Assembly (NCBI GenBank): GCA_036918135.1
Contig: JBALDB010000045.1
Location: 1 to 46,927, forward strand
Direction of reading: 5' to 3'
DNA length: 46,927 bases
Source of the DNA: Nostoc sp.
GTDB lineage: Bacteria; Cyanobacteriota; Cyanobacteriia; Cyanobacteriales; Nostocaceae
Positions 38,867-46,927 of this stretch are shown here, piece by piece (the first letter of the stretch is position 1; each line of letters starts with the position of its first letter). A model generated the notes under the pieces. The model searched no databases. It was not told the DNA's origin and saw only the letters and a list, made by a program, of their open reading frames with translations. The position numbers were made by a program, and so were the translations under genes.

Positions 38867-39013
38867 GGATTTTTATAGTTAGAAAATTTTACTCACCCTA
38901 TATACACGAACAAGCCCGCATCAGTGGGCTTATTTTGTCTAGTCTATCAAATAAAACTCTTGGTAATTTTCTAGCAACGAATAAAATAAAACAGCAACAT
39001 ATCCTGCTGTGAA

Positions 39014-39730
39014 TTGATGAAAAACTACAACTTTTTGAAGAATATTATTACAGCTATTATTATAGCCGCCGTTTCTTTTTCCTGTGAATCCAAGATTACC
39101 AGAAAAACCGAGCAAGCAAAAGCAACTGACAAACCGAAGTCACAACCAAATATTGTCTATGGTGATTTAATTATTAAAGAACAATCGGATTATCTAATGA
39201 TTCCAGTTAATCTTCCAGAGGATAATCAAGAAAAAGAAAGCAATTTAAATCTTTCGCGTTCTTCTCAAAGAAATAATTTGTTGTATAACATAATATTTTA
39301 TCGTAAGCTAAATGGCGAAACTCATCTTTTATTAAATAAAAAAGCTATTATTAACTCCTTTGATTTATTAGAGGTAAAAGCGGCAGACAAAGCAATTACA
39401 AGAGTTTGGTTGTATAGAATTGTTGACCAAGATACAAACGCAGATCGAAAACTCAACACCGAAGATGCCATTATTGGTTATATTTCTGATTTATCAGGTA
39501 AAAATCTTCAGCAAATTACTCCAAACAATACAAAAATTATTAATTGGGTAGTTGTTACCGGTCAAAACGCAATTTTTATCAAAATTATCAAAGATTCCAA
39601 TAATGATAAAAAATTTACTGAAGAAGACAAGACAAATTTTGTAAGAGTGAATTTAGACAAACCCGGTATCGGAACTGAAATTGTTAGCAACGAAATAGAA
39701 CAGGAAATTAAATCTTATATTTTTAAATAA
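39014..39730 (+). CDS. Hypothetical lipoprotein
   Basis: Signal peptide ending SFSC; EF-hand-like DTNADRKLNTED and DSNNDKKF. Confidence 0.7.
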   Translation: MMKNYNFLKNIITAIIIAAVSFSCESKITRKTEQAKATDKPKSQPNIVYGDLIIKEQSDYLMIPVNLPEDNQEKESNLNLSRSSQRNNLLYNIIFYRKLNGETHLLLNKKAIINSFDLLEVKAADKAITRVWLYRIVDQDTNADRKLNTEDAIIGYISDLSGKNLQQITPNNTKIINWVVVTGQNAIFIKIIKDSNNDKKFTEEDKTNFVRVNLDKPGIGTEIVSNEIEQEIKSYIFK

Positions 39731-39835
39731 TTTTTAAATTATTTAAACTGAAATTTATGATTTTTTTTAACTGTATGTTTAGAGACGCGATTTCTCGCAT
39801 CTCTACTCAATATTTTCTGGTAAAATTTAATCTCC

Positions 39836-40768
39836 TTAGTCAATAGACAAAACCCAATCGCGTAAAAGTTGGTTTACTCTATCCGGCACTTCGTCATGAG
39901 GACAATGACCTGCCATTAAGAAATGTTCTGTGAGTTGAGGATAATATTGACGAAACTTTTGAGAACGTTCCCTAGCATTCATCCAAGGATCTGCTTCTCC
40001 CCATAACATTAACAAAGGACAAGTTAATTGCTTTAGTAGCACATCAACTTTTTCTCCTTGAGGCGTGCTAAAAACTGAAACAAACACATCCATTGCTCCA
40101 GGATCGTAAGCTGGACGATAAATTTCTTCTACTAATTGGTCTGTAATCGCACTCTTATCAAGATAAACTTTCTCTAGGGTTTGGCGAATTACCCAACGTT
40201 GTCGCACGTATTGAAATAATAGAAATTGAGCTAAAGGTTGTTGAAAAATCCACTTAATCGAGTCACCCAAGATTGTTTGTAAAGAAGCTTGTTTGGGAGG
40301 CTGAATTTCTGATTGTAAAGCTTCAGGTTCAGGTGTCGCCTGGCTTTCGCTAAAGGGGCCGGCGCTATTGAGTAACACTAAACCAGCCGCACTCTCAGGA
40401 CGTTGTGCTGCAACACACAAGCTAGCATAGCCACCAAGAGAATTACCTGCCAAAATTGCTTTTTGACCGATCGCTTCACTGATAAAATCATGAAGTTGGT
40501 CGCGCCATAAGTCACCACTGTACTGCAATTTTGGTTTTGCCGATCGCCCAAACCCCAAAAGGTCGATCGCAAATACTTCAAAATCTTCACACAATCCTGT
40601 GATATTCTTACGCCAGTGGTCACAAGAAGCACCAAATCCATGTACCAAAAGTAAAGGTGGACGTTGCGGTTGCTTCTCTCCCACACGCACATAGTAAATA
40701 TTGTGCCCGCGCCACTGCCAGTATTTACCAGGAATTGGAGTTGTAGAGGGGACTGTAGTTGCCTGCAT
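39836..40768 (-). CDS. Alpha/beta fold hydrolase
   Basis: VHGFGAS, GNSLGG, WGEADPW, GHCPHDE; likely ATG at 40768. Confidence 0.92.
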   Translation of the reverse strand: MQATTVPSTTPIPGKYWQWRGHNIYYVRVGEKQPQRPPLLLVHGFGASCDHWRKNITGLCEDFEVFAIDLLGFGRSAKPKLQYSGDLWRDQLHDFISEAIGQKAILAGNSLGGYASLCVAAQRPESAAGLVLLNSAGPFSESQATPEPEALQSEIQPPKQASLQTILGDSIKWIFQQPLAQFLLFQYVRQRWVIRQTLEKVYLDKSAITDQLVEEIYRPAYDPGAMDVFVSVFSTPQGEKVDVLLKQLTCPLLMLWGEADPWMNARERSQKFRQYYPQLTEHFLMAGHCPHDEVPDRVNQLLRDWVLSID

Positions 40769-40877
40769 AATTAAAAGAAGTGTTAAGGAGCTTTTAATAA
40801 TTGTAAAGTAAGTCCGCGAGCAGGTGGGCACACGGGGAGAGGGGCAGGGGAGCAGGGAAGCAGGGGAGAAATAACCG

Positions 40878-41759
40878 ATGAGTAAATTAATTACAGGTAA
40901 AACTAAACTCTTAGGAGTAATCGGATATCCGGTGGAACATTCGCTGTCGCCAGTGATGCATAATGCAGCAATCGCTCATTTAGGATTAGATTATGTTTAT
41001 CTGCCTTTTCCCATTGCACCAGAAAATTTGGAGATAGCGATCGCAGGTTTCGCCGCTATTGATGTTGTCGGTTTTAATGTGACAATACCTCATAAACAAG
41101 CGATCGTGCCTCTGCTTTCAGAAATTACCCCTATTGCCCAAGCTATAGGCGCAGTGAATACTGTGAGTTGCCAAAATAATCAATGGGTGGGCACAAACAC
41201 AGATATAGAAGGATTTATTGCTCCTTTGCAGACAACCTATAAGCAAGATTGGAGTCAGAAGGTAGCAGTGATTTTAGGCAATGGTGGCGCAGCAAGGGCA
41301 GTTGTCGCAGGTTGTCATCAACTAGGTTTTGCCAAAATTTATGTGTTAGGGCGCAATGAGCAGAAATTACAAGCATTTTGCGATAGTTGGAGTAATTCAT
41401 CTATAGACGAGAATTTGCAAGTCGGTACATGGGATGAATTAGCAAAATTGATTCCTCAAACAGATTTGCTAGTAAACACAACCCCTATTGGGATGTATCC
41501 TAAAGTTAATGAGTCACCTTTGAGTGCAGCAGAAATAGCACAATTGCCCCAAGGTGCGATCGCCTATGACTTAATATATATTCCTAAACCAACGCAATTT
41601 CTCCAACTAGCAGAAAAACAAGGCGCAATTGCGATCGATGGATTAGAAATGTTAGTTCAACAAGGCGCAGCAGCCTTAAAAATCTGGTTGCAGCAGGAAA
41701 TCCCTGTAGAAATCATGCGCCAAGCTTTACAAAATCACCTGGGTTTAGGAAATAGTTAA
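40878..41759 (+). CDS. aroE: Shikimate dehydrogenase
   Basis: HSLSPVMHN, NVTIPHK, AVNT, NTD, GNGGAARA, GLEMLVQQG. Confidence 0.96.
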   Translation: MSKLITGKTKLLGVIGYPVEHSLSPVMHNAAIAHLGLDYVYLPFPIAPENLEIAIAGFAAIDVVGFNVTIPHKQAIVPLLSEITPIAQAIGAVNTVSCQNNQWVGTNTDIEGFIAPLQTTYKQDWSQKVAVILGNGGAARAVVAGCHQLGFAKIYVLGRNEQKLQAFCDSWSNSSIDENLQVGTWDELAKLIPQTDLLVNTTPIGMYPKVNESPLSAAEIAQLPQGAIAYDLIYIPKPTQFLQLAEKQGAIAIDGLEMLVQQGAAALKIWLQQEIPVEIMRQALQNHLGLGNS

Positions 41760-41856
41760 ATACTAGGCAACTCCAACAAATAAATTATCCTGTTTGAAGT
41801 TGCTGAGTGATGACTGATAACTGTTGACTGTTGACCGTTGACTGTCAACAGTGGGA

Positions 41857-41941
41857 TATAGCCGTAGTCACACTCTTTAGGACACTTGCAAAGGGTGAAT
41901 GCTAGAGTTAGCAATAGTTTTACCTCCTGCCTCCTGCTATA
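41857..41941 (-). repeat. Third copy of the TATAG-bounded dispersed repeat
   Basis: Reverse complement aligns with 2604-2689. Confidence 0.75.
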
Positions 41942-41959
41942 TTTTTTAGAAAGGAAGTC

Positions 41960-43249
41960 CTAAGGATAAAGACCCCTGTCAGTCAGTGCTTGAGCGACTC
42001 TACCTACCCCTAGCGTATAAGCTGCTAACCTTAGAGAAACTTGCCGCTTCTTCGACTGCTGAATCACTTGTTGATAAGCCTGCACCATCAAATGTTCCAT
42101 TTCGCGGTTGACGCGTTCCTCGTCCCAAAATAGGTAAGAAAGACCTTGCACCCACTCCAGATAACTTACTACTACACCGCCAGCATTCGCCAAAATATCT
42201 GGTAGCACTGTCACACCCCGCGCTTCTAACGATAAGCTAGCCTCAAGAGTCACCGGGCCATTAGCTGCTTCTGCGACAATCTGCGCTTGCACCTGATTGA
42301 CATTTTTTTCAGTGATTTGGTTCTCTAAAGCTGCTGGTATCAGGACATCGCAAGGCAAAGTCAATAAATCTGCATTACTAATTGCTACTGCTTGCGAAAA
42401 ACCCACAACACTCTTGCGATTCTCAACGGCGTAGGCTTTCAATTTGGGAATATCAAGACCAGCTTCGGAAAATACTCCTCCAGCACCGGTAGAAACAGCG
42501 ATAATTTTCGCTCCCGCTTCATATAGTAATTCAGCTGCGGCAGCACCAACATTACCGAAACCTTGAATCACTACTCGCACTCCTGCCAAGGATTTACCTT
42601 GGTCTGCTAGCGCTTCACGTACAATAATCATCACTCCGCGTCCGGTTGCCATTTCCCGTCCTCTGGAACCACCAATGGAAATCGGCTTCCCAGTCACAAC
42701 TCCTGGTACAGCATGACCGACATTCACAGAGTAAGTATCCATCATCCAAGCCATTTCACGGGCAGAAGTACCCATGTCTGGTGCAGGAATATCTACGGAA
42801 GGCCCAATATCTTTAATTAACTCACTGATATAACGACGGCTGATGCGTTCTAATTCGCTGAGACTATAACGTTTTGGATCTATGGCAATACCACCTTTAG
42901 CACCACCGTAAGGAATACCCAACAGCGCACATTTCCAAGTCATTAGCATTGCTAAGGCTGAAACTTCTCGCAAAGTCACAGCCGGATGATAACGAATTCC
43001 ACCTTTATAAGGGCCTAAAACATCAGAGTGCTGCACCCGATGTCCAGCGAGAACTTGTATTTCCCCATTATCTAATTTCACAGGAACCGAAACCGTTACC
43101 ACTTTGCGTGGATGGCTGAGAATTTCTATCAATCCCCGATCTAATCTTAATTCCTTAGCCGCCGCCTCTAAGTAACTACAGGCTTGGTCGAATGGACAAA
43201 TATACGCTGGAGAAGCAGCTTCCAACGGCAACACAGATGTTAAACTCAT
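41960..43249 (-). CDS. gdhA: Glutamate dehydrogenase (Glu/Leu/Phe/Val family)
   Basis: GPYKGGIRYHP, GGAKGG, DIPAPD, GFGNVG, EAANGP; likely ATG at 43249. Confidence 0.93.
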   Translation of the reverse strand: MSLTSVLPLEAASPAYICPFDQACSYLEAAAKELRLDRGLIEILSHPRKVVTVSVPVKLDNGEIQVLAGHRVQHSDVLGPYKGGIRYHPAVTLREVSALAMLMTWKCALLGIPYGGAKGGIAIDPKRYSLSELERISRRYISELIKDIGPSVDIPAPDMGTSAREMAWMMDTYSVNVGHAVPGVVTGKPISIGGSRGREMATGRGVMIIVREALADQGKSLAGVRVVIQGFGNVGAAAAELLYEAGAKIIAVSTGAGGVFSEAGLDIPKLKAYAVENRKSVVGFSQAVAISNADLLTLPCDVLIPAALENQITEKNVNQVQAQIVAEAANGPVTLEASLSLEARGVTVLPDILANAGGVVVSYLEWVQGLSYLFWDEERVNREMEHLMVQAYQQVIQQSKKRQVSLRLAAYTLGVGRVAQALTDRGLYP

Positions 43250-43334
43250 AAAATTTTCTCCTAGTCGCGGTTTGTTCCCCAACCGGATCTCATATATTGC
43301 CTAGCTTATCGTTTTTTTAAGTAAATAACAATTT

Positions 43335-43350
43335 TGTAGTTTTTGTTACA
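43335..43350 (-). promoter_or_regulatory. NtcA box upstream of gdhA
   Basis: TGTAACAAAAACTACA = TGTA-N8-TACA. Confidence 0.65.
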
Positions 43351-43391
43351 GTTTTATTGCATAAGTCGTGAGTCGTTAGACGAATGACAAA

Positions 43392-44579
43392 CTATTTTCC
43401 CAAGGCGATCGCTGCATTCTGTCCCCCAAAGCCAAAACTCAAACATAGTACGCGGTCAATTTTACCCAGACGTACTGCTGTAACCAAGTCCAAATCAAAC
43501 TCTGGCTGCTGCAATCCCACACAGGGGGGTAAAATTTGATGCTTTAATGCCATCAAAGAAAAAGCTACACCTAAAGCCCCAGATGCTCCAAGGGTATGAC
43601 CTGAGCTTCCTTTGGTAGAACTAACTGCCACGCCTTGGGGAAACAAACGCTGGATTACCATACTCTCCATCTGGTCATTTAGCTGGGTAGCTGTGCCATG
43701 AGCATGAATGTAATCGATATCAGCTGGCGATAAAAAGCTACGTTCTAGACATTGTTTAATAGCAGCGATCGCACTTTTTCCCTCAGGTTGGGGTGAATTA
43801 GTATGATACGCATCGTTGGTTAAACCGAAACCAAGAATTTCACCATAGACTTTTGCTTGACGCTGTTTTGCCAACTCTGCTGACTCCAAGACAAACACAG
43901 CTGCGCCTTCGCCTAAAACTAAGCCTTCCCGGTGCAAATCAAAAGGATAAGCTCCAGTTTTTGCCAAAGCACCCATCTGCTGAAATCCTGCCAAAGTCAA
44001 AGGTGTAATTGGTGCTTCCACTGCGCCAGCTATCGCTTGTTGACATTGCCCAGTTTCTATAAGTAAAGCCGCTTGGGCAATAGACCAAATTCCAGTAGTA
44101 CAAGCTGCCATTGGTGCTAAAACTACGCCAGATGCACCAATTTGTCGCGCAGTTGCGATCGCATTCATTTGAGGTAATATATCCAGCCAATTTTCTAAAC
44201 AGGATGGTTTAAAGGGGAGACGCAAAGAGGAAGGGAAATTCTTTGCGTCTTTTTCACTAGCCGCCTCTTCATAAAACTGCTGCGCCAAGATTTCCCAAGA
44301 TGCTTGATGAGAGCGACTTGAGCCAATGACTACAGCACAATCAGCTAAAGGTGGAACTAAGCCAGCATCTTGCAAAGCAGAAGTAACAACTTGCTGAGTT
44401 AGCACTGTTAATTGAGCTGGTTGTCTTTCGATTAAAGCCAGAGGAAAAGGTCTAAGTTCTGAGAATGGTTGATGTAATCGGATTCCAGATTTACCTGCTA
44501 GCAAATTTTGCCAACTATCCTTTAGATTTCCACCCAAAGCAGAAACTAGACCAATACCAGTAACAACAACCTTTACCAA
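43392..44579 (-). CDS. Beta-ketoacyl-ACP synthase (FabF-like paralogue)
   Basis: VVVTGIG, AACTTG, HAHGTAT, KGSSGHTLGA, SFGFGGQN. Confidence 0.9.
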   Translation of the reverse strand: MVKVVVTGIGLVSALGGNLKDSWQNLLAGKSGIRLHQPFSELRPFPLALIERQPAQLTVLTQQVVTSALQDAGLVPPLADCAVVIGSSRSHQASWEILAQQFYEEAASEKDAKNFPSSLRLPFKPSCLENWLDILPQMNAIATARQIGASGVVLAPMAACTTGIWSIAQAALLIETGQCQQAIAGAVEAPITPLTLAGFQQMGALAKTGAYPFDLHREGLVLGEGAAVFVLESAELAKQRQAKVYGEILGFGLTNDAYHTNSPQPEGKSAIAAIKQCLERSFLSPADIDYIHAHGTATQLNDQMESMVIQRLFPQGVAVSSTKGSSGHTLGASGALGVAFSLMALKHQILPPCVGLQQPEFDLDLVTAVRLGKIDRVLCLSFGFGGQNAAIALGK

Positions 44580-44675
44580 TTTAAAAATCCTGAGTCACAA
44601 GTATTTGCCTCAGTAGCGTCTCCTGAAGTTCCAACCGACGGAAGCCGACACTCAGACTTCTGTTTGTGTCTCCTT

Positions 44676-45488
44676 TTACTGTGCTGGTATTTTCAGATTT
44701 TCTGCACCTTGGGTAACTTTAGCAGAGTCAATGCGATCGCCTCGCTGAATTTTGTTGACTACATCGAACCCTTGAGTAACATTGCCAAACACAGCGTATC
44801 TACCATCCAGAAATCCTATATCCGCTAAAGCAAAGTAAAACTGCGAAGAAGCGGAGTCTGGTGGTTCCGAACGTGCCATTGCTACCGCACCTTGTTTATG
44901 GGGCAATACAACGGGTTGAGCAGTAGCATCAAATGTTTTATTGTAAATCGGTGTATCTGAACCTTTTGGCTTAATTTCTAAAGGTATGTAGCGGATATTT
45001 CCCGTTTTGGGGTCAATATAACTACCTGTTCCCAATTGCTCTAAGGGAAATTTTGGATCTTTGCTTTGGGGATCGCCACCTTGAACTACAAATGGCTGCG
45101 GCTGATCCTCAGTTCCGCGCTCAACTCTATGGAAAACTAAGCCATTGTAGACACCTTTTTGCACTAAATCTACAAAGTTGCCCGCTGTAATTGGGGCATC
45201 AGTACCATCTACTTCGATAGTAATCGGCGAGCCTTTAACTGTAAGCACTACAGTAGCCTTGCCTTCAAGCCTTGGTAAATTTTCAATTCCTGGGACACTC
45301 TCATTAGTACTTTGAGATACAGACGTTGCTTCAGTATTTGTATTATTACTTGCCTCACTTGTGGTTGAGGTAACTGTCGATGTTGGAGAAGAACTATTAG
45401 AAGCGACTTGCTGTGTAGAGCATCCTCCCAGCATTAAGCCACTGACAATCGCCAGACAAAGCAAAAATTTTGAAATTTTCAACCGCAT
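44676..45488 (-). CDS. Cyclophilin-type peptidyl-prolyl isomerase (lipoprotein)
   Basis: Lipobox [34 protein letters not shown]. Confidence 0.93.
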   Translation of the reverse strand: MRLKISKFLLCLAIVSGLMLGGCSTQQVASNSSSPTSTVTSTTSEASNNTNTEATSVSQSTNESVPGIENLPRLEGKATVVLTVKGSPITIEVDGTDAPITAGNFVDLVQKGVYNGLVFHRVERGTEDQPQPFVVQGGDPQSKDPKFPLEQLGTGSYIDPKTGNIRYIPLEIKPKGSDTPIYNKTFDATAQPVVLPHKQGAVAMARSEPPDSASSQFYFALADIGFLDGRYAVFGNVTQGFDVVNKIQRGDRIDSAKVTQGAENLKIPAQ

Positions 45489-45737
45489 TGCTAGTTACTG
45501 ATTCAACTAAGGTATCTTATCGTTTTAAAGGTAAATTGGGGATTAGGAGTGTTGAGTTAGGAATTAATTTTCTTTGTCTCCCGGTTGGTGAGCTTCGACT
45601 ACGCAAAAATCCAGTAAAGTCGAGATTCAACTACCACCAAGTCGAACCACGTCTCCCAATTGCCCGCGATCGCTACTTAGTGAGGGCTTCGAGTTCCCTA
45701 TCTTCCCTACCTCTTCATCTCCCCAATCTCCAAACTC

Positions 45738-46307
45738 TTAAAGTCCTTCTAGTGATACTCCTAAAAAGCGAGCTAACTTTGCGCCTTCTGTTTCCAATTC
45801 TGTTAAAGATAAGGGTTGTCCAACCCGTGTTAAGGGTATATCTCGCCGACCTTTAACGCGGAGATAAAGTGAGCGACGGGGATTAATACCTTCTTTTACG
45901 GCTATTCGCACAGATTGCACATCTTCTATCCGTCCGTCAATCTCAATTCGACGATTTTTGCCAGGAAATCCCCAACGAAATATTTTGATTGTGCCAGTTT
46001 CCCGATCGAATTCGTTGTAACCGCCTCCCACATCCCATAAAATCACTAACCAGAGGTATGTAGCTAGTAGCAAACCGGCGGTGCCATATAATGCCATTAC
46101 CAATCCTTGAGGAAGGAATATCAGTTGAGTGGGATCGGTAACTATGAGTAAATTAATCTTTAGGTAACTGGATATACCAGCCAGTAAAAAGCCTGTTGCT
46201 CCCAAGGTAACGATAGTTGCCCACCAGTAGTTACTGAACCGACGAGAACCGAGAAGGTTTTGATGCAGCAGGCGATCGCCTTTGTTAATCGTTGTTGATG
46301 CTGTCAT
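45738..46307 (-). CDS. ycf4: Photosystem I assembly protein Ycf4
   Basis: GSRRFSNYWWA, PQGLVM, GGGYNEFD, FRWGFPGKNRRI. Confidence 0.97.
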   Translation of the reverse strand: MTASTTINKGDRLLHQNLLGSRRFSNYWWATIVTLGATGFLLAGISSYLKINLLIVTDPTQLIFLPQGLVMALYGTAGLLLATYLWLVILWDVGGGYNEFDRETGTIKIFRWGFPGKNRRIEIDGRIEDVQSVRIAVKEGINPRRSLYLRVKGRRDIPLTRVGQPLSLTELETEGAKLARFLGVSLEGL

Positions 46308-46832
46308 TGAACTACCATTGCCTGTGAGATACTCTCTTTAAAAGTCTGCCATTGAATTGGGATATCTTGCAACTGGATTGGGGCAGGGAGCAGGGAAGCA
46401 GAGGGGAAAATCTTCTCCCTTTGCCTCCTGCCCCTCTGCCTCTTTCCCTATGGCCCAATCAAATTGTTTAGATTTCTGAGAAAACTTGTGTCAAATTGTT
46501 AAAATTCTGATATTCATATTATTAATATAGTTTCGTGTTAAATACCTGATTCACTTGCGTATGTCTGGCCAAAACCGAACTAATGTGGTAAGTTAAGAAT
46601 CATTAAGTTACCACAAGCTAAGTTACTAGCCAGTGGTACGTGTAATGGTATAGACCTGAGAAATACTGACTTCACTAGACAGCTAACTCTCAGAATCTCA
46701 ATTGCTTTGAGGCTCTTGAGATTGTCAAAAAAACGTTAATTCCTCACGGCAGTCGCCCAATAAAGCAAAGCTTTAAAGTGGCGCTGGTTCAAAAACGTTG
46801 CAATTTTAGTAAAAAAAGAGGATTTTAGTCCG

Positions 46833-46927
46833 ATGACCATCGCAGTTGGACGCGCCCCGAGTAGAAGAGGGTGGTTTGACGTAGTAGACGACTGGCTCAA
46901 GCGCGATCGCTTTGTATTCGTAGGTTG
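46833..46927 (+). CDS. psbD: Photosystem II D2 protein, 5' end (runs off the window)
   Basis: [39 protein letters not shown] upstream; divergent from ycf4. Confidence 0.95.
   Translation, partial: MTIAVGRAPSRRGWFDVVDDWLKRDRFVFVG

Noticed and set aside
45470..45856. 128-aa plus-strand ORF
   Set aside because: Runs through small intergenic repeats and antisense to ycf4; no protein-like features.

Overview
Chromosomal window from a filamentous, Nostoc-like cyanobacterium: roughly 40 HIP1 GCGATCGC octamers by eye, STRR-type short repeats, and ccmK, ycf4 and psbD genes. It has three parts. (1) 0.3-12.2 kb: a Crp / PilB-like / HetZ-related trio and a carboxysome satellite locus (ccmK3-ccmK4, mcdA-mcdB, ccmS). 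(2) 17.9-33.2 kb: an accessory region with a PD-(D/E)xK-like gene, an NLR-like NB-ARC protein carrying 10 variable 31-32 aa repeats and a divergent small membrane gene, a partly decayed toxin-antitoxin cluster, a PEP-CTERM protein, IS-end remnants, a 21-bp tandem array next to a small basic hypothetical gene, an osmoprotectant ABC pair and an RTX protein. (3) 33.7-46.9 kb: housekeeping genes (ggt, aldo/keto reductase, aroE, gdhA, fabF-like, cyclophilin, ycf4, 5' end of psbD). The best candidates for an undescribed system are the 21-bp array plus adjacent 131-aa gene, and the NLR module with its operator-like intergenic repeats. Also found: a canonical NtcA promoter on an uncharacterised small gene, several pseudogenes the ORF track misses, and very small mobile repeats caught inside HIP1 sites. 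All family assignments are by motif recognition; no searches were run.
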